A DNA stretch of 64,000 nt from positions 147,188,001 to 147,252,000 of the forward strand of contig NC_043000.1 in NCBI RefSeq assembly GCF_006345805.1. Reading direction: 5' to 3'. A program made the position numbers and the translations under genes. This DNA comes from Octopus sinensis. Its lineage: Eukaryota. This document shows, piece by piece, positions 26,985-39,969 of the stretch. Every line of letters begins with the position of its first letter. The stretch's first letter is position 1. The notes beneath the pieces were generated by a model that saw only the letters and a list, made by a program, of their open reading frames with translations, did not search any database and had not been told where the DNA came from.

Positions 26985-28005
26985 AATTTTCGTATTTCTA
27001 CACGAAAGAGGTGCCTTTAATAGGACACCTTACATGCTAGAAAGGGCAGTTAAAGCCCAAAACCACGAATAAGACCAATTTCAAAGGGAATGAAAATATA
27101 AAAAATATTTTTGTAGTTAACCTCAAACTCGAGTTTCTGTATCAATAGGAAAATTTGCCATCCTTACTTCTTCAGTAAGGGCGCTAACATTAATGCATAT
27201 TTATGCAGCAAATAGCACCGACAAAACGCGTGCTACATACTTATACATTATAATTTTCAAATCCACCGCGCAAGCGCAGTTAAATTCGGCAGCAATTAGT
27301 AATAAAAAATTAAAACTGCGTAACAGAAAGGCTTTGAAACCACGAAACGTTTACCGTGAAAATAATCAAGGCAGAATATTTAGAAAAAAATTTTTATACC
27401 GGTGGCTAGCATGCGTCATAAAGTCAATAGACAACATATTTTCATATATAAGAGTGTGTAAACAATTTATGTATTTATACAAAAGATGTGACCTTTGACA
27501 GGACATCTTACATGCTAGAAAGGGCAGTTAAAGTCCAAACCACGAATAAGAGCAATTTCAAAGGGAATGAAATAAAAAATTATTATTATTTGCTGGCGCG
27601 GAGGCTTTGAATATTATAATGTATAAGTATGTAGCACGTGTGTTTTCCATACTATTTACTGCATAAATATGCATTAACGTTAGCACCCTCACCGAAGAAG
27701 TAAGGATGACAAATTAATTTATTTGCACATTGATACAGAAACACGAGTTTGAGGGTAACTATAAAAAATATTGTTTTTATTTTTCATTATCATTCCCTTT
27801 GAAATTGCCCTTATTCGTGGTTTGGGCTTTAACTGCCCTTTCTAGCATGTAGGTGTTCTATCAAAAGTTACCTGTTTCGTGTAGAAATACGTACATTGTT
27901 TGTACACTATTATATATGAACATATGTTGACTATTGACTTTATTACGCATGCTAGTCGCCGGTTTGAAAATTTCACTAAATTTTCTACCTTTATTTTCAC
28001 AGTAA
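26985..28005. repeat. 479-bp unit in 1.3 tandem copies plus an inverted copy, carrying hammerhead motifs
   Basis: GGACA(C/T)CTTACATGCTAGAAAGGGCAGTTAAAG occurs at 27022 and 27501. About 27590-28005 is a reverse-complement copy. Confidence 0.9.
27121..27180 (-). ncRNA. Minimal type I hammerhead ribozyme candidate with canonical core
   Basis: Reverse complement: CCTTA CTGAAGA A GTA-AGGA TGGCAAATTT TCCT-ATTGA-TAC A GAAAC TCGA GTT TGAGG. Stem I is CCUUA/UGAGG, stem III is palindromic and the cleavage triplet is GUU. Confidence 0.65.
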
Positions 28006-28178
28006 TATATATATACATACATATATACATACATACATACATGCACGCACGCACGCACGCATACATACATACATACATACATACATACCATACATACATA
28101 CATACATACATACATACATACATACATACATGCATGCATGCATACAAACATACATACATACATACATACATATATACA

Positions 28179-28253
<75 letters not shown>

Positions 28254-28329
28254 CATATGTATATACATAAAGTTATGGTATATTCTGTTAAGAACGTAGT
28301 AGAGTACAATATAAAGCTAGCTAGGGCCG

Positions 28330-30862
28330 GGTATAAGGCAAAATCAAGTTCACACCTAGCAAAACCTAAATAATACTAATACCCATGCACTTAAAGTAGA
28401 AAACACATACAACATAAAAAAACAACAAAACATATAACAATAAAAGCACAAAAGCCCAAGACAGAATGGGAAGATAGGAAAAAGATAAACAAAATCCAGA
28501 CCAAGTCCGGACTGGAGCCTCCAGCCTGTCTGCCACCTCGCTCCAATTCTTCGTCTGGGAGTCCAAACTCCAAGCAACTGAACAGGACCATCCGTCCAGT
28601 ATTCCACGACACTGGACGTTATCGACTTACCGTTCCAGGTGCCGAGCCGTAAGCCAATGGACTTGTCCTTGTTAACTTTTGCCCCAGCCACCGCCTCGAA
28701 TTCCTTGATTGCATCCTCTACACAATGTAGCTGAGCCTCACTGGACACGGTGATGGTGATGTCATCCGCATATGCAGAAACAGACTTACCACATCAGATT
28801 TCACTAGGGATGCCTCCCAAATTCTCCAGCCTCTGCAGTAAAGGCTCAAGAGCCAGCACATACAGAAGCGAAGACAGAGAGCACCCTTGACGAACCGATT
28901 GCTTGATCTCCAACGGAACCGACAGGTAACTGCTTACCTGGACTGTCGAGTTAATGCCGCTATAAATAGCAGTGATCCATCCTCGGATACTGATGGTCTA
29001 CCCTATCAAAAACTTTACTTTAGTCTAAATGGACCAATGACCCGCCTTTACCGGATAATTTCCCAACCCTGTCACACGTGTAGCGTAAGAGATTGAGGTT
29101 GTCCTGGATTTACCTGCTTGGGATTGCGCATGTCTGCGCTTTCCCTACAAGCTTCTCCGCGACAAGAGTCAACTTTTAGCAAGCACTTTGGCCAAAATCT
29201 TTAACTCTACGTTAAGTAGAGTTATGGACCTGAAATTGTCAATATGATCCCCCTTGTTCGGGTCTTTTCTGATCAACGTCACCACTCTCCGACTAGCAGA
29301 GCTGAGAATCCTCCCATTCTGCTGCCAGTTCGTGTAGATGCAGGCCAGCACGTGCCCGAACAAGTCCGGCATACTACGATAAAATTCATAGGGCAGACCA
29401 ACCAGCCCCGGCGACTTGTCCCCAGCGCATTCAACCAGCATCTCCTTGATCTCCTCAGCGTTTCGTCCAACCTGTAACAGTCTACTAAGTTATAGTTTGT
29501 TAGTAGCCTTTTGAGACCAGGATTTCCCCTTCTATTTGCCGAGCCAACATTATCCACTCGTGCATTGAAGATAGTGTTAAAGTCTCCTATTAAAACTAGA
29601 GTCTTGGACGTTACTAAGAAATTCTCCAAGTCAAGAAAAAAACCAGCTTGCCTACACTCTTTCGGAGCGTAGTCAGCTACCAACCGGAAAGACTGCTTAC
29701 ATATGTCACATCAAGGGCAACCAGCCTACCTTCTTGGTCCAGAAATCCTGTACTTACCTGTACGTCCAAGTTTTTTCTGAACAAAACCACCACGCCCGCG
29801 CCTCCCCGGCGACTATGAGAAATAAATTTCTCATAGCTACCTAGAAAAGGCGAGGACGTATGTGGTTCATTCACCTTGGACTCAGTTACCACACATATAT
29901 CGAAATCTAGTGACCTGAGATTGTTCAGGAGACAAATTTGTTTCCATCTCGACCCCAAGTCACGTGCATGTATACACCCTACTTTAATCTCCATGAAAGA
30001 ATTTAAAACAGAGAAAAAACTTATGTTTTTACATTTTAGGGAGAGGCGAATTTGGCAGTCTCTCCCTCTTTTTCTCTCTGGGGTACAGCCTCTAGTATTT
30101 TCTAGACCACTTCTTTAGTCACGTCCAACAAATCATTTGGGTATCTTTTTTTACATGATTCGTACAGTTCATCGTCAATAACTTTTGCCAACCTAATATG
30201 GGCTGGCATGTCTTGTACACGCTTATATATGAACACCTGCGGGTGGACACCAAAAATTCTAGCCATTACTTGGTTTTTCATTGTACCTTATGTATCTTTC
30301 TTTTGATTGGGGTGGGGTTGGTCGGTAGGTTCGATTTGTGAGTGGACTGGGGAATTTTTTTCTTGTGTGCCTGCGTGTGTGGTCATAGCTTTCTTTGTTA
30401 AAGGGAGGGGAGTCAAGGGCCGGGTTTTTTTCCTTTTATGTGTCACAACTGTATAATCATCTCTTCCGTTTTGTCTTGTTGACTCCCTTTATCGCCATCT
30501 TTCGTTTCCTGTGATTTATTCTCCTCCTATTTGTTTACCTCTTTCCCCAGTTTTTTCTCCGTTTTTCCCCTCCTCCTTGTTGGTTTCTATACCTTTCTCT
30601 TTTAGGGGAGGGACATCTACCTTTTTGTCTTTTTCACCCTTTCGCAGTCTGACCTTGCGTGTCCCTTCTCGCCACACTTAAAACACCTCGGTCTTCGACC
30701 TTCCACCGAAACACGGGCACTTAGTCCCTCCCCTATAAAGATTCGATCTGGCCTTGATTCCAGAACCTCATTTGGGGCCTATACGACAATATCCAGGGTT
30801 TGGCCTTTCCAATTAATGGCATCCCTCCTCATTTGTAGTATTATGATTTCCTCTTCGGCGTC
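28330..30862 (-). mobile_element. Decayed Tx1/L1-clade LINE (ORF1 zinc knuckle + ORF2 APE/RT, internal deletions)
   Basis: ORF1 GRRPRCFKCGEKGHARSDC (knuckle 30644-30685). ORF2 starts near 29994 with KVGCIHAR...VVTE...GVVVL...LIGDFN. RT motifs are KSPG..GLPYEFY, NFRSITLLNVELKILAKVL, SKVFDRVDH, SVRQGCSLSSLLY and YADD. Confidence 0.92.
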
Positions 30863-31110
30863 ATAGTTAGTTAGTTAGTTAATTTTTTTGGCTCAAAAAG
30901 CAAGGCCATGTAGGGGGACATGGAGTTATGTACAGAGTGGTGTTCATGTAAAGAGTTCAGGCCACTTGAGGTCAAGGGAGACTTTGACCAAAGCGGTCGT
31001 CGGCATCTTCACCATCTTGTCTGGCAGCTTGTTCCACGGATCCGCAACCCGGACGGAGAAAGCCCCTCTCGCAGCGGCCAACCATGACGCCTCGTACCCG
31101 GTTGGTAGGA
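30863..31110 (-). mobile_element. CR1-type LINE 3' end with (TAAC)n tail
   Basis: RGAFSVRVADPWNKLPDKMVKMPTTALVKVSLDLKWPELF is followed by a short 3' UTR and AACTAACTAACTAACT. It abuts the Tx1 ORF1. Confidence 0.8.
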
Positions 31111-31702
31111 AATATCTAAGAGAAACAGCGCTCATTTCTTTTATTTAGGCACATGGCCTCTCTGGACAGACCTTGTCAAAGTTATAGATTTTACTAAAAT
31201 ACAGTCAACAACATTGATTGTTTTCATCCAGTAGACCACCAAAGTCGTGGAAATTAGTGTAATATTAGCGACAAGCTGTGTTTGGGTACAAGCAAAGTTT
31301 AAGTTATTTAAAATATGTTTGACATATTTTAGTTAAAGCTATAGCTTTGACAAGGTCTGTTCAGAGTTGCCCCTCTTAGATATTCGCCATTGACAACGGT
31401 TAAGGAACTCGAAATATCGATGACTGCGAATCCTGATAGGGGGCGACACTGAACAGATATGGTGTTTCTATACTTATTTTTATACCATATAAGAGAATTT
31501 TTCTCCACGATAATAGTAGTGAACTTGCCTTTTAGCAGTTGGAATGTGTGTGTGTGAGTGTGTGCACGCGCGCGTATGCGTGTATATATATGTATGGATG
31601 AAGGTATGTGTAAATGTATATAAATGTTTGTATATATACGCATATGTGTATGTATGTGTATGTATGTGTGTATGTATGTGTGTATATATATATATATATA
31701 AG

Positions 31703-31744
<42 letters not shown>

Positions 31745-31755
31745 ATGTATGTATG

Positions 31756-31801
<46 letters not shown>

Positions 31802-31835
31802 TATTATATATATATATATAATATATATATATATA

Positions 31836-33922
31836 ACGGGAAGCTTTATGAAAATAAACAAAAGACGAAGGCAGGTGGAAAACAAACGAACAATTGTATT
31901 AGTATGGCGCTCAGGAAATATAAATAAAACAAGTCTTTAACGTTTCGAGCCTACGCTCTTCAACAGAAAGATACACATAGAGAGAAAAAACACAGAAAGA
32001 AGGAGATAAAAAAATGCGTGCAGTAGCTAACGAATCAACATGGCGATCTGATTTCGGCCAGAGGTCAAAGATCAAACATGAGACGCGAGAGCGAAATAAG
32101 GGGAGATAATAGGGTTGATAAAAGGGTTGAGGGACCAGCTAAAAGTGCGTGGGAGGGGTCTGGATGTGTGTATGTATAGGGTTGGTATATGTATTAGTAT
32201 ATAAGGGTGTGTGTGTGTGTGTGTGTGTGTATGAGAGAGTATTAGTGCGTAAGATTGGTCTGGACGTGCGTAGTATGTATGGGGTTGGTGTATGTATTAG
32301 TATGTATTAGTATGTATTAGTACGTATTGGTATGTATAGGTGTGTGTGTGTGTGTGTTGAGAGAGTATAAGTGCGTATGCGGGGTCTGGACGTGTGTATG
32401 TATAGGGTTGGTGTAAGTATTAGTATGTACTGGTATGTATAGTACGTATTAGTATGTATTAGTTGGTGTGTGTATAGTATGGCACATCATATGTGATGTG
32501 ATGTGTAAAGTCATGTGGTGTAGTGAGGAGAAGAGGGGGAGGGGGAGAAGGAGGGGTAGAGAAGGCGAGGGGAAGAAGAGGGGGAGGAGAAGGGGGAAGA
32601 GGAGAGGATGGGGGAGAAGGAAGGGGGGAGGAGGGGATGAAGGAGGAAAGAGGGATCGGGGGAGAGGGAGAGGGGGAGAGAGGGAGTGAGGGAGCAGAGG
32701 GAGGGGAAGAGGGAGGGAGAAAGAGGGAAGAAGGGAAGGGGAGTAGGGGTGGTGAAAGGATGAAGGACTGAAGAATTAGGGGTCGGGGGGGAGAAGGATA
32801 GGTGAGGAGGGGGGGGGAGGGGGGTTAGATGAGGAGGGGGGAGAGTTGAGACCAAATGGCGTATAAGAGCGAAGAGAGAAGATTAATTCCTGTTCACGGC
32901 GCAAACGGGAATCCGGATGGCCTCTGTGTAAGGACAAACCGAACACAGATAGGTGTTGCAAGGAGTGACCGGTGGAGCGGAAATGGCGTGAGACCGATGT
33001 GTCGTTCGCAAGGTGGATGTCACGAAGGTGTTCCGCGAACCGGTCAGCCAAGCGGCGTCCCGTTTGTCCGATGTACAAGGAATTGCAGAGAGAGCAAGAG
33101 ATGCAATAGATAATATTGCTGGAGGTGCAGGTGAAGGAGTGGATGATGGGATAGGGTCGATGGTGGGTGCTAGTGAGGCGGGTGGTGTGTGGAGAGGTAA
33201 GGGCAAGTGCGGCAACGTGGGCGGGAGCAGGGGAACGAGCCGGGTTGGGAGGTAGGGTCAGGGAAGGAGCTATGGACCAAAAGGTCTCGAAGTTGTGGGC
33301 TCGTTTGAAAGAGGGGAGGGGTCGGTTAGGGAAGAGGTGTGAAGTGGACGGGTCGGACTGGAGATGACGGAAAGCTCGAAGAATGGTGCGTTGGAGACGT
33401 AGGGTCGTGGGGTGGTAAGTGAGGGGAAAAGGAGGGGGAGACTACAGGGGGGTTCGGGGAGAGAGAGCAGATATACGGTCCACGGACCGTGCTCTGGCAA
33501 GGGCGGTGTGGATAGTGGTGAGGGGGTATCCACGTAGGGTGAAGTGGTGAGCCATACGTTGAGACTGGTCTCAAAGTCATGGTCGTCACTACAGAGCCTA
33601 CGTAGACGGAGGAATTGGGAATAGGGGATGGAAAGCTTGGTGTGTTCTGGGTGGGAGGAAGAGAAGTTGAGGTATGAGTCTGAGTCTGTGTGTTTGTAGT
33701 GAATGGAGGTGGTAAGTGGTGGAGTGAAGAATGCTAACCGAAATGTCGAGGAAGGAGACAGAGGTGTGGAGTATGGATGGAAGTGAAGTGGAGGGCTGGA
33801 TGGAAAGACTGGACGAAAGAGAGGAAGGAATCTAGATGTTCGCGGGAGAGTGAGGTGGCACCGATAATGTCGTCAATATAACGACCATATAGTTCAGGAG
33901 TGGGACCAGTGAAATTAGAGAA
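31836..33922 (-). mobile_element. 5'-truncated Penelope-like element (RT C-half, linker, GIY-YIG, long 3' region, pLTR with HHR-like motif)
   Basis: LYGRYIDDI (YIDD 33869-33880), SFLDISV, HYKHTDSDSYLNFSSSHP, IPYSQFLRLRRLCSD, CSRPRCRTC and CTSSNIIYCISCSLCNSLYIGQTGRRLADRFAEH...EQELIFSL..YTPFGLN. It is flanked by (TA)n. Confidence 0.95.
31936..31970 (-). ncRNA. Degenerate minimal hammerhead motif in PLE pLTR
   Basis: Reverse complement: CTTT CTGTTGA A GAGC GTAG GCTC GAAAC GTT AAAG. Stems I and II are intact and the core has A6->U. Confidence 0.5.
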
Positions 33923-34883
33923 TATTTATATATATATATATATATAAATGTATATATATATATGTATATATGTATGTTGTATGTATGTATGTATGTATGT
34001 ATGTATGTATGTATAAATATATGTATCCGACGGCATCTACACACCAGATTTCATTCACAAAGTTTTGGCTGGCCCGAAAATATGGTAAATTACAAAAACA
34101 GTTTGACCAGATTAAGATTGAACCACAGAACCACTTGACTGCAAAACCAAAATTGTTAAGCAAACAGCTACGTCTGCGCCTATTACATCTTCCATTTTGT
34201 TTCGCGTTGGTTTTCTTTTGAGTGGATGGATGGTGGGGTGTTTGACATCTTGACATATTGTGAGTGAGAGTTGTCAACTGTCTCAGCCAACCGATACATT
34301 TTAATTTGGTTTCGTCAAACAATTATTGGCCGTCTGAAAAGAAACAGAGGGAAGAACACATATTACGTACGTACATACAGATACGTATACACACACACAC
34401 GTTGGTGCACATATGCGCACATATTCACACATACCCAGCTACACATACGTAAAAAATATACAAACACTCACATACGCGCACATACATATACATATTTGAA
34501 TATACATATATTAATGTACATATACACACATATGCAAACGTACGTACATACACACGTACATTAGAACATCATATATGTGAATATATATATATACATACAA
34601 ACATACACACGTGCAAACATATATTCATACATATACACACACGACACGCATATATACATATATATACATATATATCTACATGCACACACACACGCATATA
34701 TATACATATATACATATATGCATATATATATATATATTGGGTTATACGTACACACACACATATATACATATATACTAACATACATACAATAAAAGTACAT
34801 CATATACTATATATGCATGTGTGTGTATGTATATGTATGTATACTAATATACATATATACATATGCGAGTTGGTGTGTGTATG

Positions 34884-34920
<37 letters not shown>

Positions 34921-35197
34921 ATGTGTACATGTGTGTGTGTGTGTGTGTGTGGTGTGTGTGTAAATATAATGCCAACTCTATAAGCGTACATAAGCAATCA
35001 TGCAAATATTATCCGAAGAAAAACTGGCTCACACCAGTCGACATTATGCACACTTACTCACATATGCACTTTTATCTGCCAGTTGCTATATTTCTGCTGC
35101 AGTACATGAATGTACACATACCATTGGTATTCCTATTTCCAAACACACAATATATAGTAGCACTTATTCACACACACACACACACACACACAACACA

Positions 35198-35289
<92 letters not shown>

Positions 35290-35498
35290 GTTATCCGTAA
35301 TAATGAAGGGTGAAATTAATTAATTTGGAATAATTATCAATTACACCAAGTAGTCTTCGGCATGTACAAGCCTCATTCGAGGAAAATTTAAGTAATACTA
35401 AGCAATAAAGCATAAAGGGTTTAGCAATTCGTTGCTAAACTTTATTGCTTAGTATTACTATATATATTATATATTATATATATATATATATATTATAA

Positions 35499-35650
35499 AG
35501 TTAATCAAACAAGAAAACAAAAAAACAAAAAAACAAACAAACGCAAGAACGTGGAACAATAAAGTATTATTGGACGCTCAGGAAAGAAGGGAAAAAGGAG
35601 AGTTTGATGTTTCGGGCGGAGCTCTTCGTCGGAAACATAGGAGAAGGGAA

Positions 35651-35652
<2 letters not shown>
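35499..35652 (-). mobile_element. Third copy of the 4341/4645 solo pLTR-like family
   Basis: The reverse complement contains GTTT CCGACGA A GAGC TCC GCCC GAAAC ATC AAAC and CCTGAGCGTCCAATAATACT. Confidence 0.7.
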
Positions 35653-35688
<36 letters not shown>

Positions 35689-35710
35689 CACATATGTTGA
35701 TATATTCTTT

Positions 35711-36118
35711 ACTCTCTTTTACTCTTTTACTTCTTTCAGTCATTTGAATGCGGCCATGCTGGAGCACCGCCTTTAGTCGAGCAAATCGACCCCGGGACTT
35801 ATTCTTTGTAAGCCAAGTACTTATTCTATCGGTCTCTTTTGCCGAACCGCTAAATGACAAGGAAATAAACACACCAGCATCGGTTGTCAAGCAATGCTAG
35901 GAGTACAAAAACAGACACACAAACATACACACACATATATACATATACATATATACGACGGGCTTCTTTCAGTTTCCGTCTACCAAATCCACTCACAAGG
36001 CTTTGGTCGGCCCGAAGCTATAGTAGAAGACACTTGCCCAAGATGCTACGCAGTGGGACTGAACCCGGAACCATGTGGCTGGTAAGCAACCTACTTACCA
36101 CACACCCACTCCTGCGCC
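35711..36118 (-). mobile_element. Full-length SINE family B with internal microsatellite
   Basis: Head GGCGCAGGAGTGG.TGTGTGGTAAG, B-box GGGTTCAGTCCC, CORE-like CTTGGGCAAGTGTCTT, an internal (TA/TG)n tract and an AAAAGAGT tail. Confidence 0.92.
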
Positions 36119-36226
36119 TATACGCATTAGAATTAGAATGCACACATACGCATTAGAATTACAATATATACCAGTTAACGTACGCACACAATCACACACA
36201 AACACACACGCACACACACGCACGCA

Positions 36227-36265
<39 letters not shown>

Positions 36266-36409
36266 CGCTAGAGATATTCATATACATAGACAAACGATAC
36301 GCGAGCACCAACTTACAGAAGTACATATTTTCCTCGTACACGTAATTATAACATGATCTCAGCTCACACTCACACGCGCACACTTACATACAGACAGACA
36401 TAGCTATTA

Positions 36410-36630
36410 TCTTTTACTTCGTTTCAGTCATTATACTGCGGCCATATTGGAGCACCGCTTTGATGAATTTTAGTCGAATCGACACTAGTACTTACATTTT
36501 TTTCTTTTTTTAAAGTTTGGTACTTATTCTATTGGGTTCATTTCCAGAACTGCTATGTTAGGGGAACGTAAACACACCAGCACCGGTTGTCAAGCGGTGG
36601 TGGGGTACAAACACAAAGACACACATTCAG
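36410..36630 (-). mobile_element. 3' half of SINE family B
   Basis: TTTCAGTCATT...CTGCGGCCATATTGGAGCACCGC...ACACACCAGCACCGGTTGTCAAGCG. Confidence 0.8.
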
Positions 36631-36635
36631 ATGTG

Positions 36636-36746
<111 letters not shown>

Positions 36747-37237
36747 GCAGGCAGGCAGGCAAACAGACTGACAGACAGACAGGCAAACAGACAGAGTGAG
36801 AGCATAAATTAGACCATCTCATACAAAATTATCCATACACAAACGCACGTGCATACACACACAAACACTCTCGTGCACACACACACAAGCAAACGTGTGG
36901 GTTTCTTCACAGTCACTTGACCTGCTAGAAATAGCAGCTAAATAACCCTCAAAATTATCTCTCTTGTCATGAGAAAACAACAGAATAAACGACGGGATAC
37001 TTGTAGCCGCAATACCTTTGACGATACCAGCAAGCAGATCATCCTATCCCTATTTATGTGCGTACAGATGCACACATTCATAGCCATATTTTTAACCAAT
37101 AGCAACAATACTAGAGTACGTACCCACATATATACCCGTACATGCACACACACACACTCATACACATATGTATACACACACATGTAGTTAATAAGTTCCA
37201 CGTACACACTCTCGTATGCCTCTGTATATGTACATTA

Positions 37238-37730
37238 TGATGTACATACATACATACATACATACGTACGTACATACGTGCGTACGTACATACATACATA
37301 CATACATACATACGTACCTACGTACAATCGTACATACATACATACATACATACATACGTACCTACGTACAAACATACATACATACATACATACATACATA
37401 CATACATACATACATACATACATGCGTACGTACATACATACATACATACATACGTACCTACGTACATACGTACATACAAACATACATACATACCTACGTA
37501 CATACATACGTACATACATACGTACCTACGTACATAACATATACATTACATACGTCTACTACGTACAAACATACATACATAATAACATACATACGTACGT
37601 TGCCACATACATACATACATACATAATACATACCACATACATACATACACACACACACACATACATACATACATACATACATACATACATACATACATAC
37701 ATACATACATACATACATACATACATACGC
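37238..37730. repeat. (CATA)n/(CGTA)n microsatellite
   Basis: Directly visible. Confidence 0.95.
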
Positions 37731-38055
37731 ACATCCTTAAACGAACTCTTAAGATCATATGCAGAAATATGCACAGACAGACAACTTATATTCACATATA
37801 CACACGCACAACTACAAACACTTGCTTATACGTATACATACATGCAACTCTCTCACTTGATATTCAACACATTCATAAACATACAAGTATACACACACAC
37901 ATCTCATACTAACCAGCAGCCCTCTCACGCATACTGCAGGAACACAAACACACATGTATGCACATACACGCGTGCACACACATGCACACGTAACCACGGA
38001 AACAAACTAAATGCGCATGATCATATTATACACATGGACATATACCACTAATACG

Positions 38056-38095
<40 letters not shown>

Positions 38096-38921
38096 ACACA
38101 CACACATACATACATACATACATACACACACACCCTACAAATGTACACATTAAAAATATACTCACACACGAAAAATACTCTCGTGCGCACTCAAACGCAC
38201 ACTGCAAATGTATATATTGCAATTACACTCACACACACACACACACACTCACACACACACTCACACACACACAAACACACAGCAAATGTACGCATTGCAA
38301 ATACACTCGCACACACACACAACACATTCCACATACACACATGTACACTCACACATATGACACGTTCCACGTACACACCACGTACACTCACACAAACACA
38401 CCTCATAGTGTGAAGGGATTTTAAACGAAACTAGCGCCAGGTTTCTACATCCGTGAATCTCACCGTGAAATTAGCTGTCTGTCTTTAAATGATATTAAAT
38501 TCATTTCACTGCTTTTATTTTGGGCAGTCAGGGTCAAATAAGTAGATTTCTTGTTGACCTTGTCAGTAAGGAAGTTGTTGGTACATTTCGAGAACATTAA
38601 AATATTGACAATAGAACTGTACCTGTTACTGAATAGACTCCATAACTAACTGCATGCAGAGTGTTAGTTTGACCTGGAAGTAGCAGCTGAATCGCCTTCA
38701 AACCACAGCACCTGTAAATATATTAAAAGGAAGGACACGTTAGATCAGTAATCTTCTGGCAAATACCACATGCTGACTCTAAACAAATACTTTTATCTTG
38801 AACTTTTTTCAGCCGTTGGACTGCGGCCATGCTGGAGCACCACCTTGGAGGGTTTTAGTTAAACATATCGATCTCTGTACTGTACTTTATCTTTTTTTTG
38901 ACTTGGTATATATTCTATCGT

Positions 38922-39304
38922 GGAGGCGCAATGGCCCAGTGGTTAGGGCAGCGGACTCGCGGTCATAGGATCGCGGTTTCCATTCCCAGACCGGGCGTTG
39001 TGAGTGGTTATTGAGCGAAAACACCTAAAAGCTCCACGAGGCTCCGGCAGGGGATGGTGGTGATCCCTGCTGTACTCTTTCACCACAACTTTCTCTCACT
39101 CTTACTTCCTGTTTCTGTTGTACCTGTATTTCAAGGGGCCGGCCTTGTCACTTTCTGTGTCACGCTGAATATCCCCGAGAACTACGTTAAGGGTACACGT
39201 GTCTGTGGAGTGCTCAGCAACTTACACGTTAATTTCACGAGCAGGCTGTTCCGTTGATTCGGATCAACCGGAACCCTCGTCGTCGTAACCGACGGAGTGC
39301 TTCC
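38922..39304 (+). mobile_element. Full-length SINE family D (tail type 1), nested in a family B remnant
   Basis: Head GGAGGCGCAATGGCCCAGTGGTTAGGGCAGCGGAC, B-box-like GGTTTCCATTCCC and tail CTCGTCGTCGTAACCGACGGAGTG. It is flanked by ATATTCTATC. Confidence 0.9.
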
Positions 39305-39320
39305 ATCATATTCTATCAGT

Positions 39321-39566
39321 GGAGGCACGTAGCTTAGTGGTTAGGGTGCTGAACTCATCATCGTAAGGTTGTGGTTTCGATTCCTGGACCGGGCGACGCG
39401 TTGTGTTCTTGAGCAAAACACTTCATTTCACGTTGCTCCAGTCCACTCAGCAGGCAGAAATGAGAAATCCTGCGACGGACCGGTGTCCTGTCCAGGTGTG
39501 GAATTTCTACGCCACTGAAACCAGGAAACTGGCCCTTATGAGCCTGGCATGGCTCGAGAAGGAACA
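39321..39566 (+). mobile_element. SINE family A (tail type 2)
   Basis: GGAGGCACGTAGCTTAGTGG...GGTTTCGATTCC...TTGAGCAAAACACTT...GGCATGGCTCGAGAAGGAAC. The same tail occurs at 49442 and 49696. Confidence 0.9.
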
Positions 39567-39708
39567 TATATTCTATCGGCTTCCTTTTTGCCGATACGGG
39601 GAGGTAAAAAAAATCCAACACCAATTGTTAAGCGATAGTGGGGGGTTGCGACAAATATAAATACACACACATACATATACACACATATATAAACATTCAC
39701 ACACTCAC

Positions 39709-39758
<50 letters not shown>

Positions 39759-39969
39759 TCAAATATGGAATGGTTAGTTCCTGAGTTTTTTCGATCAAGA
39801 ATTGAAACTTCAAGTTAAATGTTTCCTTTGCTCTGTCAAAATGCACTTGCAGATTTACAAGTCATCCGTTAACTTTTTGACCATCTTAGGTCAACATCAG
39901 TCCAATCAAGATAACCCGAGAGAAATCCTTTGTACTCCTGACCTACTTTAGCTAGGGAATTATTTTAAA

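Noticed and set aside
28888-29168. Apparent foreign insert with a TATA box inside the Tx1 RT
   Set aside because: Minus-strand translation shows it is continuous RT (IQDNL..LRY, LD*SKVFDRVDH, SVRQGC) with stops.
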